This document shows positions 13,783-28,547 of a stretch of 64,000 nt of DNA, piece by piece (positions within the stretch are counted from its first letter, which is position 1; every line of letters begins with the position of its first letter). This stretch comes from Flaccisagitta enflata (taxonomy: Eukaryota), in contig OZ231126.1 in NCBI GenBank assembly GCA_965153355.1, positions 39,928,001 to 39,992,000 on the forward strand, in the 5' to 3' direction. The notes beneath the pieces were generated by a model, which was not told the origin of the DNA, did not search any database, and saw nothing but the letters and a program-made list of their open reading frames with translations. Position numbers and translations under genes: made by a program.

Positions 13783-15180
13783 CATAATCAACAACAGAAA
13801 TAACTTTATTTTCTTAAAAATCAACTTTTATTTGCTTAGTTGAATTGAAAACAAGAACAATACAGTCATATCTTTTCCTACAAATGACCAATCTTGACTG
13901 ACTTGTCCTGTTTTCATTATTTTTGCTGAAGAATGCACCACTGCCGACACTCGGTGTAGACTGACTAGTGACTAGAGTCTAGTGTCTAGTGTCTAGTGTC
14001 TAGTGTTTAGATTAAACTGGAGTCCGCTCAGTTCAGTGTTTCTTCCACCTAAATCATGACTGAGCTGTGCCGCAGAAGGGTTGACCCCATCCCTCAACTT
14101 CACCAGCGCCAAAGTATCCCAAACCTACTGTCAAGCACTCTCCATGGCAAAAAATCAATGAAGAACTTGGTCTTCATTTTCCGCGTGAGGATTTGCTTGG
14201 TGCCGAGGTGCCAAAAAATGGCCAGGTGTTGTGACATTTGACTCATTTTTGTCAAGAGTCTTGCCTGCCTCACCGTGGTGCAACGTCAATCCTAGTGGGA
14301 TTCCGAGCGCCTCATCTTTCTCACATTGTTTTCGGAGGAAAGAGCTGCCATCCCTGCGGTGCTTCTCTCAGCTAAGCTGGAGACGCAGGTGGAACAAGGG
14401 AAGCCAAAATTCCCAGTTCTCAGGCCAGACTTTGTTGGGCCTCAGTTCTGGTTTTTTTTTTATCATCTTGCGATGCTGGATCGTAAGATTTCCACTCAGA
14501 CATGATCCACTGACTGGTTGACAAAGCAACTGTTGGATGATGCTTTAATTGCGATGAAATCAATCATCAATGGTCTCCGTCCCCCCCTCCATTGGCTATC
14601 AAGGCCTCAGATTTGCCCTCCCAGCCTTCAATTTAGCCCTCCAGGCCTCATATCAGCCTGCCAATAGAAAGCGGTCACGCAACTGCTCTCAAGTCATTGA
14701 AATCTATCATTACAAAACGCTTGATTTCCGCGCGAAAATGAGTTTGATATACGTATATTAATTGCTGTTTAATGGGTTTATAATAAAGTATATGTTTACA
14801 TGGGGAGAAATCTGCTGAAACACACTTTAGACTATCAGGAAATGTAAAAAAAAAGCAATGAAAAACAAGTAACGTAATCCATAGAAATTGCCAGAAGTTC
14901 TTTTAACTTTGAGCATACAGAAGAGGGTCTCAGTTTTTGTGATTCAAGTATATATGAAAGGCAACTCCGAGTACTGTATGAGTCTGGTTTCAAAAAAAAA
15001 TTTCTCTGCTGCGCTCCCCTTCTACCGATTGCATTTTTTCATGGCATATAAGCCTAAATATTATTGCGCAGCTAAACAGCTTCCAAAGGAAGATAGTGCT
15101 ATAGACGATTTTTTTCAAATCCGGTTTCTGTTTAATAATTCCTTTCATATATGTATAAAAGATGAACCCGGTTATTTTTT

Positions 15181-16783
15181 AGTCGCGTGCACGCGACTCT
15201 ATAACCCGCTCTGTCGGTCCGTCTGTCGGTCGGTCGGTCCGTCGGTCCGTCCGTCCGTCCGTCCGTAACACTTTGCTTTTTTTTGTCGTTTTACGTCATT
15301 TTAGGGTATTTTATGTCATTTTAAGTCATTTTAAGTCATTTTAAGTCATTTTAAGTCATTTCCAGTCATTTTCAGTTAATTTTAGTCACATAAGTCATTT
15401 TGTCATTTTTTGTCATTTTTGTCATTTTATGTTATTATAAGTCATTTTAAGTCATTCTTAGTCATTCTAAGTTATTTTAAGTCATTCTAAGTCATTACAA
15501 GTCATTCTAAGTCATTCTAAGTCATTCTAAGTCACTCTAAGTTATTTTTTGGCTTTTGAAGTTTTTGGTAACACTTTGCTTTTTGCGTCGTTTTTGGTCA
15601 ATTTGGGTTGTCTGGAGTTATTTTGAGTCATTTTTTTGTTGTTTTTGGTCATTTTTGGTTGCTTTTAGTCATTTTTGGTTGCTTTTAGTCATTCTTGGTC
15701 ATTTTTGATCATTTATGTCACTTAGTTCATTTAAGTCATTTGTGTCATTTATGGGCATTTCAAGTAGTCTTAGGTCTTTTTAAGTCATTTTGGAACATTT
15801 CAGGTCATATTTGGTCATTTAACATAGTTTTTTGGTTTTTGTTGTTTTTGGTTTTTTGGTTTTGGGTTTTTGGGTTGTTTTTTTTTTTTCTTTTTTTTTT
15901 TGGTCATTTATGTTTTTTGGTATGTTATGGTCATTTATGTTTTTTGGTATGTTTTTGTAATATATGTCATTTCAAGTCTGCTGGTTTAAGTCTGCTGTTT
16001 TAAGTCTACTGTTTTAAGTCTGCTGATTTAAGTCCGCTGGTTTAAGTCCGCTGGTCTAAGTCCGCTGGTTTAAGTCCGCTGGTTTATGTTGGCTGGTTTA
16101 GGTTGGCTGGTTTAAGTTGGCTGATTTAGGTCTGCTGGTTAAGGTCTGCTGGTTAAGTCTGCTGGTTTAAGTCTGCTGGTTTAAGTCTGCTGGTTTGTCT
16201 TCTGGTTTAAGTGTGCTGGTTTAAGTCAGCTGGTTTAAGTCTGCTGGTTTAAGTCTGCTGGTTTAAGACTGCTGGTTTAAGTCTGCAGGTTTAAGTCTGC
16301 TGGTTTAAGTCTGCTGGTTTGGGTCTGGTTTAAGTCTGGTTTAAGTCTGGTGTACGTCTGGTTTAAGTCTGGTTTAAGTCTGGTTTAAGTCTGGTTTGAG
16401 TCTGGTTTGAGTCTGGTTTGAGTCTGGTTTGAGTCTGGTTTGAGTCTGGCTTGAGTCTGGTTTAAGTCTGGTTAAAGTCTGGTTTAAGTCTGGTTCATGT
16501 TTGATTTATGTCCGGTTTAGGTCTGGTTTAGATCTGGTTTATGTCTGGTTTAGGTCTGGTTTAGGTCTGGTTTTGGTCTGGTTTAGGTCTGGGTTAATTC
16601 TAGTTTGAGCCTGGTTTGAGTCTGGTTTGAGCCTGGTTTGAGTCTGGTTTAAGTCTGGTTTGAGTCTGGTTTGGTTCTGGTTTGGGTCTGGTTTAAGTCT
16701 GATTTTTGATAAAAAGATTAAATAAGGAGTCAGGTCAGTTCAATCATTTTTGTCCTGCACGCGACTTATAGGTGTTGGCCTTG
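15181..16783 (+). mobile_element. Family-1 HINE-like element expanded by internal tandem arrays
   Basis: Family-1 head and cacgcgact...ggccttg tail enclose (gtcattytaa)n, (gtctgctggtttaa)n and (gtctggtttra)n arrays. Confidence 0.8.
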
Positions 16784-16806
16784 TTCTTTGTACATATACT
16801 TCTGAT

Positions 16807-16936
16807 TAGGGATGTGGAAGTGATTGACCGCTTCCATTTTGGAGGATGGGATAGATACTAGTATTTGAACTGCAAAACGGAAGCGGAAGCGGAAGCGGTG
16901 GAAGCGGCACTAAAATCGACCGCTTCCACATCCCTA
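16807..16936. mobile_element. 130-bp hAT-type MITE
   Basis: 8-bp TSD cttctgat; TIR tagggatgtggaag; degenerate relative at ~35599-35740. Confidence 0.85.
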
Positions 16937-18202
16937 CTTCTGATAGTGCTTAATTAAGACTATTTCAACAAAATTTTTCCAAGAAGTGACAAAGAATTTT
17001 TAGGCATCCCCTTACTACTTCAAATCAGCCCCCCCCACCTAAATCTGACCTCCAGACCTCAAATCTGCCCTTCACACCTTCAATTAGCCCTCCAAGCATT
17101 GAAACAGCCGTCTGTGACTCAAGTTTGCCTTTCTAACCTCAAATCTGCTCTCCAAGCCTTAATTCTGCCCTCCAGCCTTCAAATATGGCCTGAATCAGTC
17201 ATCTAAGGCCTGAAATATACCTCTCAAGATTCCTCCTTTGTTCTACAGGACATCGGCCCTTTGGGGCCACTGCCCTGCTCTCCCTCCATTTCTTCACTGG
17301 ATCACTCCCAGCAGGGCCTCGGGTACCGCTGACCATGTGCGATCCTTGGATGACTAGTTACTACATCTTCTGCTCACCTGCATGAATCTGGGTATAATCG
17401 TCAATTTCTTTCCAAAGGACTTTGGGCCTCGGGATTGCGATGTTGCATTCTCGCATTTTTCAGCAACCAAAGGTTCTTTAAGGAGACTCAAAAATCTGCT
17501 ATCCAAAAGCTACAGAATTCTTGGTTGAATTTTTCACCCTGTCACTTAGTCATATTTTTCTTTTTGCCCCATTAGCCCTTGCACCTCATAATCTACAACA
17601 GAAAAAAGTGAAATTAAACAGATGATTTCTGAAGATAAGAATGGGGAAAATACTGATTTTTCAAGAATCAAGGAATGCTCACTTTACAGCAACATAACAA
17701 CAACACCATCAACAGCATTAACAGCAACAACAATAACAACAACAACAAAAGCAAAAACAACAACAGCAATAATAGCAGCAACAACAAAAATAAAAACAAA
17801 AACAACAGCGACAACAGTAAGAAAAAGGAACAAACTGCCAAGATTTTGAATTTTATGCTCGATACGGGGCCCTTGGGCTGAAAAAGCACACATTTTGACG
17901 TAAAAATGTTAGAAACATGTATGATAATGTATTGTACTTTTGTCAAAATCAATCAGAGTGGCTTTTGTGCTTATTTTTAAAAGGAAGCAAATTAAAACAC
18001 CACAAATATGATTGATAATGGCGGAAATATGTCAATATTGGTATATATGCTCATTCAGGGCAAATGTTGTGGGGTCCCCGATCATTTTACAGCCTCGGGA
18101 CCATTACCACTGGCTTCAGCACGAAAAAAGGGTTCAGAAACACTTTTTCCACCACTTGAAATCTCAAAATGATACTTTTCTGGACCATACTAATATTGAC
18201 GA

Positions 18203-19068
18203 CATTGCATCTATATTACGTAACTTAAACATCGGATGTCATATTTTTGGCATTTTTCTTGCCATGATTCTGTTTGCTGATGATATCCTATTACTTGCGC
18301 CCACTCGAAATGCGCTTCAAAAAATGATTCATCTGTGTGCGGCATACTGTAAGGAATTTGGTCTTACTTTCAATGCCAACAAATCGAAAATAGTCGTTTT
18401 CTCAAAGACTCATATTGACAACGCAAATCTTTCTCCAATTTTGCTGAATGGCCGCAAAATTGAGTACGTTGACTCGGTTATTTACCTCGGAACCACTATT
18501 GTCAATAACAGAGGAATTTCCTTCTCATGTTCCAACGATCTCTCAAAGTTTTATCGAGCATCCAATTCTATATTGAGAGCTGTAAGCAAGCCAAGTGAAG
18601 ACGTGCTCATGCAACTCCTCTACACATGTTGCATTCCCATTCTCTCCTATGCATCTGCAGTCAAACTGTACCCATCGCGTCAAATGCAGGATTGCAGCAC
18701 CGCCGTGAATGATGCACTGCGTCTGATTTTCGGATTCAATCGGTGGGAAAGTGTCAGAACATTGCGCGAATCATTTGGCTACAAGTCCTTAGTTGATCTT
18801 TTTGGTGCATCAAGAAGTAAATTTGATGCTTCTCTCGTCTCGCACAGAAATCCTGTGATTTCCCATCTCGCGCGTAACTTGGTTGTCGATTCTTAATCAC
18901 CAAATAGCTTGTGTATTTATTCTTTGATTTTTTTTTCCCTTTTTGCCATATGAAGTGTGTCTGATTATCGTCGCTTTTGTTTTTGATTTCGTGTAGTTTG
19001 TAGCTGAATGTTGATTTGTATGTTTCTGTCTCTTAATTGATGACGAATTAAAAGAACATATATATATA
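18203..19068 (+). mobile_element. Non-LTR retrotransposon 3' part (RT C-half, stop at 18896, 3' UTR, (TA)n tail)
   Basis: Removing 11765-18202 restores FGCYIDDIASILRNLNIGCHIFG...LFADDILLLAP in one frame. Confidence 0.93.
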
Positions 19069-19432
19069 ATTACTAGAATATCAATATTTTGACAAATATT
19101 ATAAAGGAACATTGCTCAAAATTAAATTTGCTGAAACTTTCCCACAGTATGTTCTGTAAGAATATTGCTTGTTTGGCCGTTGCTAGGGGGCATCACACCT
19201 AGCAACTGCTAAATGATACTCCCTAGCAACGGCTAAACGGGCAATATTCTTACAGAACATACTGTGGGAAAGTTTTAGCAAATTTGATTCTGAGCAATGT
19301 TACCTGATAATATTTGTCAAAATAGTGATATTCTAGTAATAATAAATGTTCAAAAAAATAATTTTGGTTTCCATAGCAACCGAAAAACTCAGGGACAACA
19401 GCATCAATTAAAGAACCTATATTTCAAATATC

Positions 19433-19748
19433 CAGGCCTGTATATTCTTGCATATTCCCCCCCCCCCGGCAGGGGGGGGAATAAAATCAAAGGATTTGGA
19501 AATGGGGAAGGAAATCAAAGGGTGGAAAAATGAAAAGATGAAAAATATAGAAGATTTTACACTTTTGACAGTACTAAAATGTAGGATTTAGTTACTTCAA
19601 CACTATTTCATACTATTTAAACCAAAATATAACTATATAGGGGGTATATGGGGAAGAAAATCAACTGTATTTCGACCCCGCGGGGAAGAAAATCGAAGGA
19701 CCAGGGGGGGGAAAGAAATCAAAGGTCGTGCAACTATATACACCCCTG
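19433..19748. mobile_element. hAT-type MITE within the right arm of the palindromic MITE
   Basis: 8-bp TSD caaatatc; TIR caggcctgtatat / atatacacccctg. Confidence 0.85.
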
Positions 19749-19944
19749 CAAATATCAAATTTGGCAAATGAAATTAAGACACTAAAATACCTTCCTCCAG
19801 TTTAGGCTGTTATTCCACGAACCCCACTGTACAGAAACCTTCATGGGATACAAGATTATGTGCCTTATAGGTGGGCATGCCTTATTACCGGGTGCGCTCT
19901 AGCGAAGCTCAAATGTAGTAGTTAAATGACCGGGTTTATTTGTT

Positions 19945-20062
<118 letters not shown>

Positions 20063-20404
20063 GAGAGAGAGAATTCTGATTTCGATCGATCTAAAACTAG
20101 GTTCCGTCTAAACAAGAAAAAAAGAAAAGAAAAAAGAAAAACGTAACTTAAGGAAATTCTGATGTTATCTCATTTTAAGTGATTTCATAATGAAATATGC
20201 GAAAAGAAGTGATAATCAACCGAGATAACCAAACCAAACCGTAAATCCAATTGAAAGATTAACAGAGCACCGCGACTGACATGAGGAATGAAACGCTATC
20301 GAGCAAAAAAATCACTGAACAAATCTTATTTACGAACAGTTGTCTAGCATTCCATCGGAGAGATCCGCATCTTTTACGAATGAGCCGCTTAAAAAAGTGC
20401 CAAC

Positions 20405-20473
20405 ATGTTTCGATTCTCAAGCGGTTACATTCTCTTTATGCTCGTCTGCTGGTGCAACAACATCTCTGGAAAG
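20405..20473 (+). CDS. STS: Steryl-sulfatase-like arylsulfatase, exon 1 (signal peptide MFRFSSGYILFMLVCWCNNISGK)
   Basis: ATG, hydrophobic stretch, AAG|gtaaac donor in phase 0 matching exon 2. Confidence 0.7.
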
Positions 20474-20901
20474 GTAAACACTAGTTCCGTCTGATCAAGT
20501 TTCTTGTTTATGTGTTGTTTAAAGATACGCCTTTTGCTTTGAAGAGTTGAACCACTACTGGTTTTCCCTCAGTATGGTTTGAGGCATTTCCTTTAACTGA
20601 AAGTGGTGTTTTTTTGCATCTATCATCATTTTTAGTCGCGGACACGCGACTCTAAACCTTGCTGTGTCGGTCAGTCCGTCCGTCCATCTGTCAGTCTGTC
20701 CGACCGTTCGTCACATATCTGAAATTAGGTCTTCTCTTCTCTTTTTTAAAAAGTGTTACAGGTTAATGTATCATGTATGGTATGTATGTGTGAAACCTTA
20801 TTGAACTGTAGTTTTGTAGCCCTGTAGTACTGCCCCTGCCCAACAGTCCGCTTGTTTTATCATAAAGGTCTCTTGCAAAACCTGACTATAATCATCAAGA
20901 C

Positions 20902-20954
20902 CAGGGCCGTATGGCAAGGGGCCGCCGGGGCCGCCATGGCGGCCCCTTGTTGGG

Positions 20955-20995
<41 letters not shown>

Positions 20996-21151
20996 CAGGA
21001 CTTTCATTTACTGATATGCACTAAAAATCATTGCTGTTTATACATATAGAGACAAAAAAATCACAAATCAGATTGATCGAAACACTAAGAAGTTGTCGTG
21101 ACACAAATTAGAGGTGGCACCCCCAAAATCATAGGGTCCCATACGGCGCTG
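20902..21151. mobile_element. hAT-type MITE
   Basis: 8-bp TSD atcaagac; TIR cagggccgtatgg / ccatacggcgctg. Confidence 0.85.
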
Positions 21152-21909
21152 ATCAAGACCAAATCAGTATTTGAAAGAGTTCATAAACCTGTTTGATTAT
21201 TTCAACTAGTATAACATGACCTTTAGATTGAGGATTTATTCTAGAAACTTGATATGAGGGTGCGATACATATTGTCTCATTACAAATAAAAGACAATACA
21301 ACAAGTTTGAGATTCTTTAAGAATTAATGAACCATCGGCCTGAACATTCACTACAAATTATTAACCAGGCTCTATGGCATCAGCAAAAATTTATAATTTT
21401 GAACAATTTCCTTTTTTCATTTTAAGTCCTGGCATCTTAAAAATAGAAATACTTGCCTCGTTGAGCTCACATTAAAGATTCCAGATCAGCATATTGTTTT
21501 CTTCCACTAGGACGACGGTTTAAATTTTTCTCTTTTCCGATTAGGAAAAAACAATGCATTAAAAAAAACTGAGATGATCCTAATAGCTAGTGAATAAGGG
21601 GGTTATCTAGGCAACGAGTGAAGGAGCTTTTCCCCAATGCTGTTGTCGGTTGTTTGTAACGAAATCGAAAGGATTCTGCGCTTGAGCTTGTTCATAGATG
21701 TGAGCTTACATGCAAAAATATTCAAGCTTGTGTACTTGAGCGTGCAAACATGGTCGTGACTATGTGATCTAGAGCGTGCGCAACTGCGCATGTGCCCGCG
21801 AGCGTGAGCTTTTTGCCGTTTTTAATCCGTCACTTTTCCTCGATTTTCCTTCATATTTGTTTCCGTTTTTGCTGGTTTCCTGTTCAAATGCTCTGCTTCC
21901 ATTTTCCGC

Positions 21910-22112
<203 letters not shown>

Positions 22113-22489
22113 TCATTCTTTTTTTCTTTCTTTCTTTCTTTCATTTTTTCCTTCCTTCCTTCCTTCCTTCCTTCCTTTATTTGTTTATTTGTTTATTTTT
22201 TTTCTTATTTATTCATTTATTCATTCATTCATTCATTCATTCATTAATGCATTCATTCATTCGTACATCCGTACATTCATTTATTCATTTATTCATTCAT
22301 TCATTCATTCATTCATTCATTCATTTATTCATTTATTCATTTTTTCATTTGTTCATTTATTTGTTTATTCATTCATCTATTCTTCAATTCTTTCATTCAC
22401 TCATTTTATCATCCACTTTATCATTCATTCTATCCTTCTGCTATCTATTCAATCATTCATTCATTCATTAATTCATCTATTCATTGCAG

Positions 22490-22613
22490 AATTTGGATCG
22501 TAGTCGGCCTAACATCGTCATCATTTACGCAGATGATCTGGGCATTGGAGACGTAGGATGCTTCGGGAATGACACTATCAAAACCCCACACATTGACAGT
22601 ATATGTCGTGATG
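22490..22613 (+). CDS. STS: STS-like arylsulfatase exon 2 ([31 protein letters not shown])
   Basis: Sulfatase N-terminal DD metal-binding motif; ttgcag acceptor, G|gtaac donor; phase 0 to 1. Confidence 0.95.
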
Positions 22614-22644
22614 GTAACAAAAAAGAGAAAAGGAGAGAAAGAGA

Positions 22645-22719
<75 letters not shown>

Positions 22720-22996
22720 AAGATTACCATACAAAAGACAGACAGAGACAAAGACACCGACATAGACAGCCATAGACAGTCATAAGCAGAGCGTGTACGT
22801 TTACGATACGTGAGCTTCCTTATCGTCACCAACTGGGCCATTATCATAATGGGTCATGAGCGGATCATAAATGAAGTCTATACGAATATTGCCTTTTCAT
22901 CCACCAGAATGACAAGTAGACAATGACATTGCTCATTGTGCAGACCTGTTGATGATTAGCTCCCCTTATGTCATCATTGTCATTTCTGTCCTTTAG

Positions 22997-23101
22997 GGGC
23001 AAAGTTGTCTCATCACATTGTCGCTGCGCCAGTTTGCACTCCAAGTCGCTCAGCCTTGTTAACCGGCCGATATCCTAAACGAATAGGGATCATTGGCGAT
23101 G
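22997..23101 (+). CDS. STS: STS-like arylsulfatase exon 3 ([15 protein letters not shown])
   Basis: Formylglycine signature CxPSR...LTGR; ctttag acceptor, gtgagt donor; phase 1 to 1. Confidence 0.95.
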
Positions 23102-25782
23102 GTGAGTTAATCGCACTTGACCGTCTCTGAGCCGCGCTTATGCAGTTTAAGTTAATCAGTGATTATCCAATATTCATCTTTTGATGGCTTTATTTGAATG
23201 GAGTGGAACGGTTTGTCAGATGTCTACTTTCACCAGCATAGAAAATCCTAGATCAACGCCGATGTACTTTGGACCACTGCACATTCGGTGATACAGGAGT
23301 ATCCTCAGCCATAACCGCGAAATTATGACTTTCGAAAATGCGTTTTTTTCTGTTGTCATATCGGAATATGTGTGCTTACGGATCCAAATCCAGATTTGCA
23401 ATGGTTTTTTCAAAAAAAAAGATGTCCATTCTGACCCTGATTACCAGTATAGTCAGTGACCTTCCAGATTCTATAAAAGTCAATTGTTGACATAAATCGT
23501 TAAAAATGCCTGTAAATCAGACATTTTGGACATTTTCCCCCTTGGGCCCGTAAGTACATGCATCTTCGCCGTCACAACCCAAATATCTCATTTTTTTGTC
23601 AAATAATGAAGCCATAGTGGATTATTGAATTATCATCCTAAATTTACATATAAAGCGCTGAAACGACAGCCATATCATTTTTCGCACAATTATGCACAAC
23701 ATGAGACCACTTCTGCAAGGTCGGTGATTGAAGTCAGAGCAAGTTGGAGAAAGTTTGATCACCGCCCGGTCCCGCCCAAGGACGGTTATCTAGCGATTAC
23801 TCATTTTTTGATTATGTAAATAAGGCTGTAGCGAATTTTACAAAATGCGAATTTAGGCAGGTAAAAGGTTTCTGCGTCGCAAGCTGGAGGAAAGATATGT
23901 TTGTAAACCGGTTGTACGATCACCCGACCAAATATCAACCAACTAACCAACCAACGGAGCAAACGACTTTCCAACAAATGAAGAAATATACGAGTTTTTG
24001 AAAGGGGAAAAGGCAGATCATGGCTGAAGCTTTTCCGAATGGAAGTCTATCATTCAGCCGCTTATAAGCCACTTTTCGGTCCATCGGTCCGTCTGTCCCT
24101 CCATATGTCTGTCCGTCACAAAGTCCTTTGTTGAGGTTTCCCCCCCTGCCCACCAGTCCGCGACTAATGCTGGCGTATATACGACCTTGTTGCAATGTGA
24201 ACGTATGCGATCTGTTAGGTAAAATGCGTCAATATCATCATGTTAATAATCAATATTTTCATTATCATCACTTTTATCATTATTTTCATCATTATTATAA
24301 GAATTGACGGAGATGACGACGATGAGGAAAGAATTGAAGTAGATGACTAGATCTGTTATGATCGGCTAACCATTATCTCAAAGCTGATTTTGTCGTTTTA
24401 ATCTTTATCAATTTGATGCGTCATTCTGTGATAGAAAATTGTATTCTGTTGAGTACGTCATACTGTGATATATTTTTATGTTCTGTGATATCATAGTGTC
24501 TTCTGTGATAGAGTTATTCATCAAATGACCTAATGGATTTTTTTGTTGTTTGACCGTTTGCTCTACAATGATAATAGAGTTCATGAACTTTAACGGAAAA
24601 TATTGATTTCTCAAATTCTCCGCACTATGGGTAGCAACCAAGCAATATAAAGCCAAAAAAAAAAACTTATTCTTTAATTGATAGTTTTTTACTGTAGAAT
24701 ATAAATTAGGTTATTAACTAATGTGTATTAAAAATAAATAAGATTATTAAACAAATGTGCATCAATTTTTAGTCGCTTGCACGCGACTGTACAATTTGCT
24801 CTGTTGGTCAGTCTGTTGGTATCACTTTGCTTTTTTGACGTCTATAGGCGGTTTTGGGGTCACAGCTCCAGCCTAACTGCCTAGCTGGTCTATTTCATCA
24901 TTGCCCACCTGCATGCAACTTGGCCAGCCATGTATCCGGCCTTATTTCAGAAATAAGTTGGGCAGAGATTAAAGGATAGTTTCAGTCATAATAGAATATT
25001 ATTTCAAATTTCAAAAGCTTTATTTAAAAAAACAAATCCGGATATATGGCTTCCCCAGTCACCTGCGGGTCAGCAGGGGCCCTATCTGAGGTCACTTGAT
25101 CATTCAGTGGACAGGAGCAGTGAGGCAAAAAATTACAAAAAACCTTAAAAAAGTAAAGTGTGAAGGACGGACGGACAGACCACGGATGGACCAATAGACA
25201 GATCAACAAACTGACAAAGCTGGGTATTGAGTAGCGAAGCACATGACCAAATATTGGATTTGGGTTCTAAATAATCCTCAGCAGTAGTGATTTGTATGAA
25301 TAAATACATTTTATACTGTAAAATTGATATTGCCCTGAAACAAAATTTTCCTTGAAAATTTTTGCAAAAATCACTAAAATGTGTTAATTTTCTTATATAT
25401 TTGGATTCAAGATTCATATTCCCAGTGAAGTTTCCAATCATTTGATAGGTCACAATGTATACTTTTATATAAGAATATAACTTCCATATTTTAGGCTACC
25501 GTTTGAAATGGTGGCATATAATAGGAAAATTTCATTTATATATGAAAATATGTAGTATGATCTATCAAATAATTGGAAAGTTTACCAGGAATATGAATCT
25601 TTAATCAGAATTTCAAAATTGATAGCTCATTAAGATTTATATGTAAATATATAAGAAAATTACATTATTTTTGTGATTTTCGAAAAGAAATTTTGAAGGA
25701 AATTTTTTTTAGGATCAATATTGATTCTTCACCATGAAATTGACCTATTTGTACAAGTCAGTACTGCTGAGTAATTGCTTAA

Positions 25783-25871
25783 AGGGGTTTTCGCATTGGG
25801 AAAATTATCGAGATATTACATAGGGAATATCTGAATATTATCTAGATAATGTGCCCAATGCGAAAACCCCT
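25783..25871. mobile_element. 89-bp hairpin MITE with TTAA TSD, inside a degenerate palindromic MITE (~25250-25899)
   Basis: ttaa|aggggttttcgcattggg...cccaatgcgaaaacccct|ttaa. Confidence 0.8.
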
Positions 25872-26156
25872 TTAACCCATATCCAATTAAAGCCCACTGC
25901 CTTCCTGTAGTAGCATGCTGAAACTTGTAAATCTTTATCTAAACTTGAAATTTTTCAAAAATATATGAAAAAAAATATTTTTTATAATATTTCATAGCAT
26001 TTCCAATGATAAAAAACTATCAAGAGGTTTTGGCTGAAGATGACACCGTTTCAGACCATAGTGGCACTGGGTCCTAAAGCTGTCCTAATCCTCCATTTTT
26101 TCCGCCATGACACACAGACACACAGACAAAAACACACACACACACACTCACGCACG

Positions 26157-26382
<226 letters not shown>

Positions 26383-26667
26383 TAAACCAACATGCGCAAA
26401 ATAACACACACATGAAAAGATTGAACTGTAACACACCAGCGTGGTTACTTTTCGCTCTTTCTTTATCTCTTACTCATTTCCATTAGATCAAGACAAACAG
26501 GGCAAATCCAAAACCAAAACCCTACAACACGAAAGCTTGGTTACAGTTTACACTTCACCGTGACTGTGTTTCTCTCCCTCTCCCAGTCTGATTTCCGATA
26601 TATTCAGACTGTACAAAAGAGACGGAGAAAACTACCAGAAAATCAACCCCGACGTTTTCCCCTTCAG

Positions 26668-26855
26668 ACAGCACGAAAGCGTTCTTCCGTTTGCCGGTTT
26701 CTGTGTGGACGCCCTCTAGCGCGGGACTGCCAGAGGAGGAAGTCACATTCGCAGAAGTGGCCAAGGAAAAAGGATATCGGACTGGAATCGTAGGAAAATG
26801 GCATTTAGGACTCAACTGCCCCGGCAAACCAAACTGCCACAGCCCCGTCAATCAA
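26668..26855 (+). CDS. STS: STS-like arylsulfatase exon 4 ([32 protein letters not shown])
   Basis: Second sulfatase signature GYxTxxxGKWHLG; phase 1 to 0. Confidence 0.95.
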
Positions 26856-26864
26856 GTCAGTGTG

Positions 26865-26917
<53 letters not shown>

Positions 26918-28381
26918 GAGACAGAGAAGAAACAAACCGATAAACACAGATAAGCAGACTGACAGTATGGCAGACTGGCAGAATGACAGACTGACAGGCA
27001 CGCATGCGCATACATCTATACTGGTCTGAGGAGAAAGATGATAAAAGAATCGAATGCCATTTCTGAGAGAGACAGACAAGACCGTTACATTGAGACAGTC
27101 ACGTACTACGAAAGTGTACAGTCGAAAGATACTAAAAGATTTGAAAAAAAACGAAAAAGAAAAGTTGTGGGCTGCGGGTGCTCAGGTGGCCGACCGACGC
27201 TGGGCAGACAGTTTTAGAGCTCATGACTGAACCATAGGGGATATAAATGGAAGAGTCATCGAAGGGACTCAGGATCTCTCACAAAGACACGTTAAAGTGG
27301 ATCGCGACAACTGAATCCTCGACTGGACAGAATGACATTTTAAAGTTAATGACATATGAGCTGAAACCGGCTTAAAAAGTTAACTATATGCACCTACAAT
27401 CAGACAGAAAATCTCAACTGGGAAATGACATAGTCATATAGGGAGTTTTAGGGACATTACATAGGAATACGAGCAGAAGAAGCATTAGCCTTAGGAAACA
27501 TAAATAAGAAAAACAGTAAAACGACATGATGAAGATAATAGAACTGACGTTTGGGGTGATAGGAAAGGAAAGTGAAGCGTAAAACTAACTCTGTTGATGG
27601 CTTTCCTTTGAAACCTGGTGAACAGACAAAGTAACGTTTTATTGACTTTTCAGCAGACATTTGCAAATGAAATTTGGACCTATAGTCCATAGATAGACAA
27701 ATGACATCAGGTGGAACACATGTTCTCAAGAACAACGTCGCGTGCCCCAGAACTTTCAAACATAACACGCGACTAAAGATTAAAGACTCACTTGTTACAG
27801 ATAAACTTGATTAAACTACTTGAAATAATTGATGAAATTTAGTCTCTAAGCTGTGTTGTTATCCATTACTTGAGAAAAGTGTTCCCGCCATCGTTTGTCT
27901 CATTTCTTTCCGTTAGCAATATTTCCTTTCTCGTGTAAAAAAGTTAAACCCGATCGAATCTCTCTGAAATGAGAAATGTTAATGAAGTTGAGGTTCATGT
28001 TGACCTGAGGTCCATGGTGCCATTTCCAATCTTGTCCATTCCCAAGCTTGTTACTCGCTAATTGGTTGGAGGTCAGCCAGTTGTGTCAACGAGCAGCTGA
28101 CGTAGGTTCAAAGCCTCTGGGTGGGTGTGATATCACAATGACTCGAGTCCTTATCTGTCTATCAACGTTGCTTCGCGTGTAAAAAACTACATGCTTCTTG
28201 CTGTCACACATGTGACATGTCATGTATGAGACAATGTTTGCCAGTACACTTGTCATGCTTATGACAGAAACGGGAGAGAATTGGGATATTCTGTTCACGT
28301 AGGGAATAGATAGCATATCAAAACAACTGATTATTGACTGGACAAAATATTCAGTGTTTTTTCTCTTCCCTTTCCTCGTAG

Positions 28382-28547
28382 GGTTTTGATTATTGGTGGG
28401 GATTTCCGTTGACAAACCTGAAAGACTTTGGCGACGACATTCCGTTGAAATGGGTCGGAAGACAATGGAAAGTCTCAATGACCATTATCACCATTTCTGC
28501 CATTATCGTTATCACCGCCATCATTGAAAGAAAACTCGGAGTTATCG
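28382..28547 (+). CDS. STS: STS-like arylsulfatase exon 5 (GFDYWWGFPLTN + hydrophobic helix 1)
   Basis: GFDY motif; strong pyrimidine acceptor, G|gtgaga donor; phase 0 to 1. Confidence 0.92.

Noticed and set aside
18012..18192. N-terminal 60 aa of the 294-aa ORF
   Set aside because: Derived from the right TIR of the inserted element, not from the RT.
27150..27330. Possible RTE-like LINE C-terminal remnant
   Set aside because: Only a faint W..D.RW pattern with stops; not supportable by eye.
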